Shown in pieces: positions 56,034 to 64,000 of a stretch of 64,000 nucleotides of DNA (positions within the stretch are counted from its first letter, which is position 1; each line of letters begins with the position of its first letter). The DNA comes from Ahrensia sp. (lineage in GTDB: Bacteria > Pseudomonadota > Alphaproteobacteria > Rhizobiales > Rhizobiaceae): the NCBI GenBank assembly GCA_034519905.1, contig JAXHNY010000020.1, positions 5,498-69,497 of the forward strand, written 5' to 3'. A program made the position numbers and the translations under genes. The notes beneath the pieces were generated by a model. It had not been told where the DNA came from. It saw nothing but the letters and a program-made list of their open reading frames with translations, and ran no database searches.

Positions 56034-57104
56034 ATGACGCGTACTATCATTGCATCCGCCACAAAAGAAACCATTATCGGATTTGATCAGCCCTTTTGCG
56101 TGATTGGAGAGCGCATCAATCCGACTGGGCGCAAAATTCTAAACCAAGAACTGGAGAACGGCGACTTCAGCCGCGTTGAGGCCGATGCGTTGGCACAGGT
56201 CGCGGCTGGTGCTGCGATCCTCGACATCAATTCCGGTGCAGTATTTTCCGGCAAAATGGCCGAAGACAAGCGCTACGCCGACAATAATTTTGTCGAGCCG
56301 ATGTTGATGAAACAACTGATTGAAGCCGTGCAGCGCGTAACGGACAGCCCGCTATGTATCGATAGTTCGGTGCCAGGCGCGCTGGAAGCTGGATTAAAAG
56401 CTGCCCATGGTCGCCCGCTGCTCAACTCTGTGACTGGTGAAGAGGAGCGGTTGGAGCTGGTGCTGCCGCTCGTTAAAAAATACGATGTGCCTGTGGTTGC
56501 AATTTCAAACGACGATACTGGCATTTCCGAAGACCCAGAAGTTCGCTTTGCTGTGGCCAAAAAAATTGTTGAGCGCGCTGCCGACTTCGGCATTCCCGCC
56601 CATGACATCGTCGTTGATCCACTTGTCATGCCAATCGGTGCTATGGCCACCGCTGGCCATCAAGTGTTTACGCTGGTGCGCCGTCTGCGCGAAGAGCTGG
56701 GCGTCAACACCACCTGCGGCGCGTCAAACATTTCTTTCGGATTGCCAAATCGCCACGGCATCAACAACGCGTTTCTGCCCATGGCCTACGCCGCCGGAAT
56801 GACGTCGGCGATCATGAACCCCGTGACAATGCCCGTTAGCCAAAAAGCGATTGCCGAAAAACGCGCGGCTATTGAAGCGGCTGGCATTGTGCTACCCGAC
56901 ATGGACGATGAAACTTTCGTTAAATTGTTTGGCATGGGCAGCATGAAATCGCGCCCTGGCAAGGAAATGGAAGCCATTCGCGCCGCAAACTTCTTGCTTA
57001 ACCAAGACGATGGCGGCGCCGCATGGATCAATTTTAACAAGGATCCCGATGCTGCAGTGGCTGGCGCACGGGGCCGCCGCGAGGGTCGCAGATCCCGCGC
57101 TTAA
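56034..57104 (+). CDS. methyltetrahydrofolate:corrinoid methyltransferase (pterin-binding domain)
   Basis: IGERINPTGRK, LDIN, LCIDSS, NSVTGEEE, VDPLVMPIGA, GASNISFGLP.R. Confidence 0.92.
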   Translation: MTRTIIASATKETIIGFDQPFCVIGERINPTGRKILNQELENGDFSRVEADALAQVAAGAAILDINSGAVFSGKMAEDKRYADNNFVEPMLMKQLIEAVQRVTDSPLCIDSSVPGALEAGLKAAHGRPLLNSVTGEEERLELVLPLVKKYDVPVVAISNDDTGISEDPEVRFAVAKKIVERAADFGIPAHDIVVDPLVMPIGAMATAGHQVFTLVRRLREELGVNTTCGASNISFGLPNRHGINNAFLPMAYAAGMTSAIMNPVTMPVSQKAIAEKRAAIEAAGIVLPDMDDETFVKLFGMGSMKSRPGKEMEAIRAANFLLNQDDGGAAWINFNKDPDAAVAGARGRREGRRSRA

Positions 57105-57125
57105 CAACAACATGGCTCAAAATTG

Positions 57126-57154
57126 ATGACTGAACACCTCGTCGTATTTACACC
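57126..57154 (+). repeat. 29-bp direct repeat, copy 1 (copy 2 = 57668-57696, the start of the ASKHA gene)
   Basis: ATGACTGAACACCTCGTCGTATTTACACC is identical at both sites. Confidence 0.97.
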
Positions 57155-57167
57155 ACTAGGAGAATCC

Positions 57168-57619
57168 TCCCTCCCCCTTGAGGGGAGGGATAGAGGGTGG
57201 GGGTAGGCTTGCCGCATCGCTTTGAACTGTTACCAATTAAGCGCGCACGCCAGTTGCGTAGGAGCGCAACCGAGGGCGAAAAAAAAACTGTGGCAAGAAT
57301 TGCGTGATTTAAGAAAAACCCACGGCATTCATTTTCGCAGGCAAGCACCAATTGGCCCTTTCGTAGTAGATTTCGCAGTTCAAAAACACAAACTGATACT
57401 AGAGGTTGACGGTGAACACCATTTCACGCCTGATGCAGAAGGTCAGGATCAACACCGCGATAAATGGCTTAACAAAGCCGGCTATAGAGTGCTTCGATTT
57501 ACGACTGGAGATTTAGATGATCTTGAAGCATGCATTAACACGGTTCTTGATCACTTGGGGCAATTATAATGATTGACTTTACTCCCTACCGTTTATCCCT
57601 CCCCTCAAGGGGGGAGGGA
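57168..57619 (+). mobile_element. putative DUF559 cassette bounded by inverted palindromic ends
   Basis: Left end TCCCTCCCCCTTGAGGGGAGGGATAGAGGGTGGGGGT (57168-57204); right end near reverse complement ACTCCCTACCGTTTATCCCTCCCCTCAAGGGGGGAGGGA (57581-57619); a single nuclease gene lies between. Confidence 0.7.
57209..57569 (+). CDS. DUF559 (Vsr-like endonuclease) protein; extra A in the A9 run at 57279-57287
   Basis: RARQLRRSATEGEKK/LWQELR, FRRQAPIGPFVVDF, LILEVDGEHH, RDKWL...GYRVLRF. Confidence 0.88.
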
Positions 57620-57667
57620 ATGAACACAAATTGCGCGCAACTTTCAACCAATTAGAATGATCAAACC

Positions 57668-59707
57668 ATGACTGAACACCTCGTCGTATTTACACCTTCT
57701 GGCAAGCGTGGGCGCTTTACTTCTGGCACGAATGTGCTTGAGGCAGCCCGCGAGCTTGGTGTTTATGTGGAGAGCGTTTGCGGCGGGCGCGGCATTTGCG
57801 GGCGTTGCCAAGTGGAAGTTCAAACGGGCAGCTTCGCAAAGCACGGCATTGAATCAAAAGCCGAGAACATTTCAGCTTTTGGCGCAAAAGAAGAGTTTTA
57901 CGCGTCCAAACGCGAACTCAAAGAAGGCCGCCGCCTATCGTGTTCGTCCACCATTGAGGGCGATCTTGTGGTCGATATTCCGCTTGATGTTCAGGTCAAT
58001 GCGCAGGTGGTGCGCAAAGCAGCAGACACAAAGGTTTTCGAGCGCAATCCGGCGATACACCTCTGCTATGTTGAAGTTGAAGAACCAGACATGCACCACC
58101 CGCTTGGCGATCTTGACCGCCTGAAGGTCGCGCTTGAACGCGACTGGCGTTTTACGAACATCGCCGTCGAACAACACCTCTTAGGGCAAGTGCAAAAGAT
58201 TTTGCGCAAAGGAAAATGGGCCGTGACGGCGGCGATCCATCAAGACCAAGAAACATCGCGCCCTACCCTCATTGCGCTCTGGCCGGGCTTGCAAAATGAG
58301 GCATACGGTATCGCCTGCGATATTGGCTCCACAACGATTGCACTGCACCTCGTCTCGCTTCTATCAGGCGCAGTCATCGCATCGGCTGGTGCATCCAATC
58401 CGCAAATCCGCTTTGGCGAAGATTTGATGAGCCGCGTATCCTACGTGATGATGAACCCAGATGGTCGCGGCGCAATGACTGATGCTGTGCGCAAAACCCT
58501 TAATGAGCTTATTGGAAACGTCTGCGCGGACGTTAATATTGAGCGCAGCGATATACTCGACATGGTTTTCGTGGGCAATCCCGTTATGCACCATCTGTTT
58601 TTGGGCATTGACCCCACCGAGCTTGGCGGCGCGCCCTTTGCGCTCGCAGTGTCCGGCCCTATTCATACGACTGCAAAAGAACTTGAACTTGTCGCGAACG
58701 AAGGCGCACGGGTTTATATGATCCCGTGTATCGCAGGCCACGTCGGCGCGGATGCCGCCGCCGCCACACTGGCTGAAGGTCCGCACCGTTCCGATGATAT
58801 TATGCTGATGGTAGACGTGGGCACCAATGCAGAGATCGTGCTCGGCAACAAACATCACTGTGTCGCCGCATCCTCCCCCACGGGGCCAGCGTTTGAGGGC
58901 GCAGAAATTTCCGGCGGTCAACGTGCTGCACCAGGCGCAATTGAGCGCGTGCGCATAGACCCTTTAACCTTAGAGCCGCGCTTGCGGATTATCGGCACCG
59001 AAGTCTGGTCCGATGAAGAGGGCTTTGCCGACGGTGTCGAGAAAACCGGCATCACGGGCATCTGCGGATCTGGCATTATTGAGGTTGTCGCAGAAATGTT
59101 CCTTGCGGGCATCATCTCCGAAGACGGCGTGATCGACGGCACACTGCGCGCAAGATCTAACCGCGTGTTCGAAAACGGTCGCACATGGTCATATCTGCTG
59201 CACGACGGTGCACAAAAAATTGTCATCACGCAAAATGATGTTCGCGCGATTCAACTGGCAAAAGCTGCACTTTATGCGGGCATTAAATTGCTAATGGACA
59301 AACAGAACATTACGCAAATCGATCAAATCCGCTTTGCTGGTGCTTTCGGGTCATTCATTGATCCAAAATACGCAATGGTTCTGGGCCTCATTCCCGATTG
59401 CGACATTGAGAACGTGAAAGCCGTCGGCAATGCGGCAGGAACAGGCGCACGTATGGCGTTGATCAACCGCGACTTCCGCCGCGAAATCGAGCAAACCGTT
59501 ACTGAGATTGAAAAAGTCGAAACCGCGCTTGAACCCAAATTCCAAGAGCATTTCATCTATGCCATGGCGCTGCCAAACAAAGTCGATCCCTTTGAGAAGC
59601 TAGGCAAGGTCGTTGCCATGCCTGTGCGCAAGCCCCAAGCTGCAAATGATGAGAACGGAAACCCGGGACGTCCGCAACGATCAGGCGGGAGGCGCCGGCG
59701 CGATTAG
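57668..59707 (+). CDS. ASKHA-domain corrinoid reductive activator (RACo/RamA-like) with N-terminal 2Fe-2S
   Basis: CGGRGICGRC, DIGSTT, NPQ..FGEDLMSR, GHVGAD, DVGTNAE, GPAFEG, GICGSG, AGAFG, GNAA. Confidence 0.92.
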   Translation: MTEHLVVFTPSGKRGRFTSGTNVLEAARELGVYVESVCGGRGICGRCQVEVQTGSFAKHGIESKAENISAFGAKEEFYASKRELKEGRRLSCSSTIEGDLVVDIPLDVQVNAQVVRKAADTKVFERNPAIHLCYVEVEEPDMHHPLGDLDRLKVALERDWRFTNIAVEQHLLGQVQKILRKGKWAVTAAIHQDQETSRPTLIALWPGLQNEAYGIACDIGSTTIALHLVSLLSGAVIASAGASNPQIRFGEDLMSRVSYVMMNPDGRGAMTDAVRKTLNELIGNVCADVNIERSDILDMVFVGNPVMHHLFLGIDPTELGGAPFALAVSGPIHTTAKELELVANEGARVYMIPCIAGHVGADAAAATLAEGPHRSDDIMLMVDVGTNAEIVLGNKHHCVAASSPTGPAFEGAEISGGQRAAPGAIERVRIDPLTLEPRLRIIGTEVWSDEEGFADGVEKTGITGICGSGIIEVVAEMFLAGIISEDGVIDGTLRARSNRVFENGRTWSYLLHDGAQKIVITQNDVRAIQLAKAALYAGIKLLMDKQNITQIDQIRFAGAFGSFIDPKYAMVLGLIPDCDIENVKAVGNAAGTGARMALINRDFRREIEQTVTEIEKVETALEPKFQEHFIYAMALPNKVDPFEKLGKVVAMPVRKPQAANDENGNPGRPQRSGGRRRRD

Positions 59708-59831
59708 ACGCTTTCGCGTATTGGCGTTTTATGTCGCAAACAAATAATCCTTGCTCTGTGCGACATTTTCGTGATTGTCTCGCGCGTTAATGTTAGTCAC
59801 GCATTCAAGTGATGTTTTAGGAAAATAGGCC

Positions 59832-60854
59832 ATGCAAGGGGCTGCAATCACAACCAACAGAGGTGCGCAAACATCCGTGCGCAATGTTGTGTTCTATCTC
59901 ATGCCAGAATTTTCGATGATCGCCTTTACATCGGCGATTGAGGCGCTGCGCTGTGCCAATCGCATGCTTGGCAACAAAGCCTACTCTTGGCGGCTTTCGA
60001 GCGCGAACGGCAAATCAGAACTGGCGTCAAACAACGTCGAGGTCACCGTCAACACCTCCATTGAAGACGAGCGAAAGTTGATCAGCGGCGCTGACAAACC
60101 AACCTTGTTTTTAGTATGCGGCGGCACGAATGTTGAACATCATGTTTCAAAAGCGCTGACCGGCATAATCCGCGAAGAACACGCGCGCGGGATCGCCATT
60201 GGCGGCCTTTGCACAGGCGCTTATGCGATCGCTTCTGCGGGTTTGCTCAGCGGAAAACGCTGCACCATCCACTGGGAAAACCTGCCCGCGTTTCAAGAAA
60301 AATTCCCCAAGGCTGAAGTCTATGCCGACCTTTTTGAGGTAGACAGCAATATTTATACCTGCGCGGGTGGTACCGCCGCGCTCGACATGATGCTCTCACT
60401 CATCGGCCAAGATTTTAATGATGATCTGGTCAACCGAATATGTGAGCAATTGCTTACCGACCGAGTGCGCGCGCCAAGTGACCGGCAGAGGCTGCCGCTG
60501 CGCGCACGATTGGGCGTGCAGAACACGCGTGTTTTGTCGATCATTGAGCTGATGGAAAACAGTCTGTCAGAACCGCTGTCGCTGCTCGATATTGCCGATC
60601 ATGTGGGTCTATCGCGCCGCCAAATCGAACGCCTGTTCCAACAGGAAATGGGCCGTTCGCCCGCGCGCTATTACCTAGAAATCCGCCTTGATCGGTCGCG
60701 CCATTTGCTGGTGCAGTCGTCCTTGCCCGTTGTGGAAATTGCGATTGCATGCGGCTTCGTTTCTGCGTCGCACTTTTCGAAATGCTACCGAGAGCTTTAT
60801 GCCAAGTCACCGCAGCAAGAACGCGCCGAACGCAAACAATTGCTGATAGCCTAG
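59832..60854 (+). CDS. GlxA/GbdR-family AraC transcriptional regulator
   Basis: DJ-1-like N-terminal domain (GLCTG, TIHWEN, TCAGGTAALD) plus AraC HTH (SRRQIERLF, ACGF.SASHFSKCYR). Confidence 0.93.
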   Translation: MQGAAITTNRGAQTSVRNVVFYLMPEFSMIAFTSAIEALRCANRMLGNKAYSWRLSSANGKSELASNNVEVTVNTSIEDERKLISGADKPTLFLVCGGTNVEHHVSKALTGIIREEHARGIAIGGLCTGAYAIASAGLLSGKRCTIHWENLPAFQEKFPKAEVYADLFEVDSNIYTCAGGTAALDMMLSLIGQDFNDDLVNRICEQLLTDRVRAPSDRQRLPLRARLGVQNTRVLSIIELMENSLSEPLSLLDIADHVGLSRRQIERLFQQEMGRSPARYYLEIRLDRSRHLLVQSSLPVVEIAIACGFVSASHFSKCYRELYAKSPQQERAERKQLLIA

Positions 60855-60863
60855 GGCGATAAC

Positions 60864-61688
60864 ATGAAACGACGCGTATTTTTAAGCATACTTGCAGCAA
60901 CGCTAACCTTTTGTAACGCAACCTTTGCAGCCGACAAATCTTTTGTCTTGGCCACCACGACGTCGACAGAAAATTCCGGCCTGCTGGGAGCAATCATTCC
61001 CATATTTTCAGAAAAAACAGGCATTCAAGTTAAAGTTGTTGCCATCGGCACAGGCCAAGCACTGGCCATGGGCGCGCGCGGCGATGCCGCTGCCCTTCTG
61101 ACCCATGATCGCGAAGGCGAAGACAAATTCATCGCAAACGGCTTTGGCACAGATCGCCGCGATGTCATGTTCAATGACTTTGTCCTCATCGGGCCGTCCG
61201 AAGATCCCGCCAACATACGCGCCGCAACATCAACAGCCGACGCGCTACAAAAGATCGCGACGGAAAAGTCACTCTTCGTCTCGCGCGGCGATGACAGCGG
61301 CACGCACCGCAAAGAATTGCAGCTTTGGAACGAGGCCGCGCTAAACCGCGACGATTTCACAACCTGGTATCGCGAGGCGGGCAGCGGCATGGGGCAAACG
61401 ATCATCACCACGATCGAAATGGGTGCCTATACGCTGACAGACCGCGCGACATGGGCAAAGTTCGGGCGCAAAAGCGATTATGAAATATTATTTGCGAGCG
61501 ACCCCCCGCTGCACAATCCCTATTCCAGCATCGTCGTCACCAACACGCTCATACCACCAACCGAAACGACAAACGCGATAATCTGGCATGAGTGGCTCAC
61601 CAGCGACGAAGGCAGAAAAGCGATTACGGATTTTCAGGTCGGCGGCCAGCAGCTATTTTTTATAATTCCCACCGCATCAAAAAGCTGA
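60864..61688 (+). CDS. tupA: tungstate ABC transporter substrate-binding protein
   Basis: Signal peptide, LATTTSTENSGLL, GTGQAL, FVSRGDDSGTH, YTLTDRATW. Confidence 0.88.
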   Translation: MKRRVFLSILAATLTFCNATFAADKSFVLATTTSTENSGLLGAIIPIFSEKTGIQVKVVAIGTGQALAMGARGDAAALLTHDREGEDKFIANGFGTDRRDVMFNDFVLIGPSEDPANIRAATSTADALQKIATEKSLFVSRGDDSGTHRKELQLWNEAALNRDDFTTWYREAGSGMGQTIITTIEMGAYTLTDRATWAKFGRKSDYEILFASDPPLHNPYSSIVVTNTLIPPTETTNAIIWHEWLTSDEGRKAITDFQVGGQQLFFIIPTASKS

Positions 61689-61694
61689 ACGCTT

Positions 61695-62351
61695 TTAAGC
61701 TGCCAATTTGCGCTCGCGTGTCACATAAAACGTAAGCGCCGTCACGCCGAGCGAAATGCCCACCAAAATAATGCCGAGCCAAATCGCAGTGGAAAAATTA
61801 CCCTGCGCGGTCTCAAGCGTGATCGACGTTGTCATCACGCGGGTCGCATTTCGGATGTTGCCGCCGACGATCATCACCGCACCGACCTCTGATATGGCGC
61901 GGCCAAAGGCCACCAAAAACGCCGTCACCAGCCCGACGCGGGCGATCTTAGCAATCTCGACCACGCGGCCAAGACGCGTTGGAATATCAAGCCGCAGCGC
62001 ATCGCCAAGTTCGTTCCAAGGGGCAGCGCAGGCGCGGTGCACGAACACGGTTATCACGGGTATGGTGATGATCACTTGTGCGATGATGATCGCCGTCGGC
62101 GTGAACAACAATTCAAGCGGCCCCAGAGGGCCAGACCGCGACAACACCAGATAAACAACCAGCCCAACAACCACTGTCGGCACCGCCAAAAGCGCGTTAA
62201 AAATGATCAGCCAAAGCTCTTTAGCCTTGCCTTCCATGGTGCAAATAAACGCCCCAATCGGCGCACCAATCAAAAGACCGATCAATGACGCGATTATGCT
62301 GACGCGCAGCGACAAAAACACGATGTCAATGATTTCGCGGTTAAGTTCCAT
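61695..62351 (-). CDS. tupB: tungstate ABC transporter permease
   Basis: VVVGLVVYL.LSRSGPLG...LLFTP.A, FGRAISEVGAVMIVGGNI...TRVMTT.I.LET. Confidence 0.88.
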   Translation of the reverse strand: MELNREIIDIVFLSLRVSIIASLIGLLIGAPIGAFICTMEGKAKELWLIIFNALLAVPTVVVGLVVYLVLSRSGPLGPLELLFTPTAIIIAQVIITIPVITVFVHRACAAPWNELGDALRLDIPTRLGRVVEIAKIARVGLVTAFLVAFGRAISEVGAVMIVGGNIRNATRVMTTSITLETAQGNFSTAIWLGIILVGISLGVTALTFYVTRERKLAA

Positions 62352-62425
62352 GGGAAGCTGATTAGAGCATCGCCGACGCATAATCACGCATTATTTGGCG
62401 TGGGTGGTAGCAAAATTACTTACCT

Positions 62426-62501
62426 TGGTGCCCCAAGACGGACTCGAACCGCCGACCCCTTCATTACGAATGAAGTGCTCTACCACCTGAGCTATTGGGG
62501 C
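62426..62501 (-). tRNA. tRNA-Thr (CGT)
   Basis: GCCCCAATAGCTCAGGTGGTAGAGCACTTCATTCGTAATGAAGGGGTCGGCGGTTCGAGTCCGTCTTGGGGCACCA cloverleaf with encoded CCA. Confidence 0.96.
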
Positions 62502-62750
62502 GCACGCGTGCATCGAATAAATGATCCGTGGTTACTGCGCAAGACAGGCGCAGGCTAAAGCGGCAAATGCACGCACAACAAACTAAGCAAAACGCCCAAA
62601 GCCTCCCCGACATGCGCTCGTCGCAATAAGAACAGGGGAAATCTACCAATTTAGCGATAAACAGGCTCAAAGTGCCGCGCGCTTATGGGCTTTCGCGCGC
62701 ACTCAATTATGATAGCATTGCGTAAATATTACGCTGGAGTTGAAATATCC

Positions 62751-64000
62751 ATGGCTGCATTTCCAGAACGGGCAAAAATTGTCATCGTCGGTGTTGGCGG
62801 CATTGTCGGCGCATCGGTCGCCCACCATTTGATCGAGCGCGGATGGGACGACATTGTCGGCATCGATAAATCAGCCATTCCAACAGATATCGGTTCAACA
62901 TCGCACGCCTCTGATTTTTGCTATTCGACATCCCATGACTTTTTATCCTGCTGGACAACGGCCTATTCCATCGACTTTTTTTCAAAACGCGGGCGCTATG
63001 AAAAAGTCGGCGGTCTCGAAGTTTGCCGTGTGGGCGACACCGAGCGCATGATGGAGCTGAAGCGCAAGGTCGCCTCTGGCAAGGCTTTCGGCACGCGCGC
63101 GACGATGATTTCAGCGGCAGAAACAAAGGCAAAATTTCCGCTTTTGGAAGAAGATCAAATCATGGGCGCGTTGTGGGATCCCGATGCCGGCCTCGTCAAA
63201 CCGCGCTCGCAGACGGTTGCCGGAGAGCTTGTCGATGAGGCCGTCGCCTCAGGCAAACTGCGTAGTTTTGCCAATACACCGGCTGAAGATTTGATCGTCG
63301 AAAACGGCCGCATCGTCGGCGTTAAAACCAAACGCGGCACCATCATGGCCGACAGGGTCATCATCTGCGCGGGGCTATGGGGTCGCCTGATGGCCAATAT
63401 GGTGGGCGAAGACCTGCCCGTTATGCCGGTTGACCATCCGCTGACATTCTTTGGGCCTTACACGGAATTTGAAGGCACCGGCAAAGACATCGGCTATCCG
63501 TTGCTGCGCGACCAAGGCAATTCGGCCTATATGCGCGATACGGGCGATCCAAAAACGCCCGAAGGCGGCCAGATCGAATGGGGCTATTATGAAGAAAAGA
63601 ACCCTCGCCTTTGCCATCCGCGTGACATTTTAGAAAAGGAAGTCTCGCGGCTTTCTCCGTCGCAGCGCGATCTGCCCATTGAGCAAATTATGGAGCCGCT
63701 TGAGCGCGCCATGGCGCTGACGCCGATTTTGGGCGAACTTGGCTACAATGAAAGCTATTCGTTCAACGGGCTTCTGCAAGTGACCACTGATGGCGGACCT
63801 TCGATTGGCGAAAGCCAGAAGGTGCGCGGTCTATGGTATGCGGTTGCGATCTGGGTCAAAGACGCGCCCGGCATGGCAAAGCTTGTCGTCGATTGGATGA
63901 CCGACGGGCGCACGCCAATAGATCATAATAAAATCGACTATGCACGGTTTTCACCCTTCCAGCTCGAAGAGCAATATATCCATGACCGTTGCTCGGAGAC
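62751..64000 (+). CDS. FAD-dependent GcvT-family oxidoreductase (dimethylglycine/sarcosine dehydrogenase-like), runs off window end
   Basis: Not in the ORF track (no stop in window); translates MAAFPERAKIVIVGVGGIVGASVAHHLIERGW...IGSTSHAS, later LLRDQGNSAYMRD and FNGLLQVTTDGGP. Confidence 0.88.
   Translation, partial: MAAFPERAKIVIVGVGGIVGASVAHHLIERGWDDIVGIDKSAIPTDIGSTSHASDFCYSTSHDFLSCWTTAYSIDFFSKRGRYEKVGGLEVCRVGDTERMMELKRKVASGKAFGTRATMISAAETKAKFPLLEEDQIMGALWDPDAGLVKPRSQTVAGELVDEAVASGKLRSFANTPAEDLIVENGRIVGVKTKRGTIMADRVIICAGLWGRLMANMVGEDLPVMPVDHPLTFFGPYTEFEGTGKDIGYPLLRDQGNSAYMRDTGDPKTPEGGQIEWGYYEEKNPRLCHPRDILEKEVSRLSPSQRDLPIEQIMEPLERAMALTPILGELGYNESYSFNGLLQVTTDGGPSIGESQKVRGLWYAVAIWVKDAPGMAKLVVDWMTDGRTPIDHNKIDYARFSPFQLEEQYIHDRCSE

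Noticed and set aside
62426-62501. tRNA-Thr as an integration site
   Set aside because: No integrase and no duplicated tRNA 3' end seen in the window.

Overview
Alphaproteobacterial (Hyphomicrobiales-like, inferred from gene content) chromosomal window with three blocks. (1) A peptide/nickel-type ABC transporter followed by a ~26 kb cobalamin biosynthesis cluster (cobD,C,B,A,cbiD,cobK,M,cbiG-cobJ,I,L,H,cbiX,cobO,N,W,P,Q) with a clear cobalamin riboswitch. (2) Three membrane-fusion-protein genes, one fused to an M50 peptidase, plus a class-III aminotransferase. (3) A large C1/methyl-transfer region: two-subunit formate dehydrogenase, FrmA/FghA, a split B12 methyltransferase set (Bmt-like, non-Pyl MttB, stand-alone corrinoid protein, pterin-binding methyltransferase, MetF plus MetV-like, ASKHA activator, DUF1638), a GlxA regulator, tungstate transport genes, tRNA-Thr(CGT) and a partial dimethylglycine-dehydrogenase-like gene. 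Many genes are broken by single-base indels, which looks like error-prone long-read consensus rather than true decay. Most notable: a ~450 bp DUF559 endonuclease cassette bounded by inverted palindromes and bracketed by an exact 29-bp duplication of the downstream gene's 5' end; Arg/Gly-rich terminal tails on all four predicted partners of an acidic-headed corrinoid protein; a CobH fused to a nuclease-like domain; and two recurring operator motifs. All family calls come from motif recognition by eye, with no database searches run.
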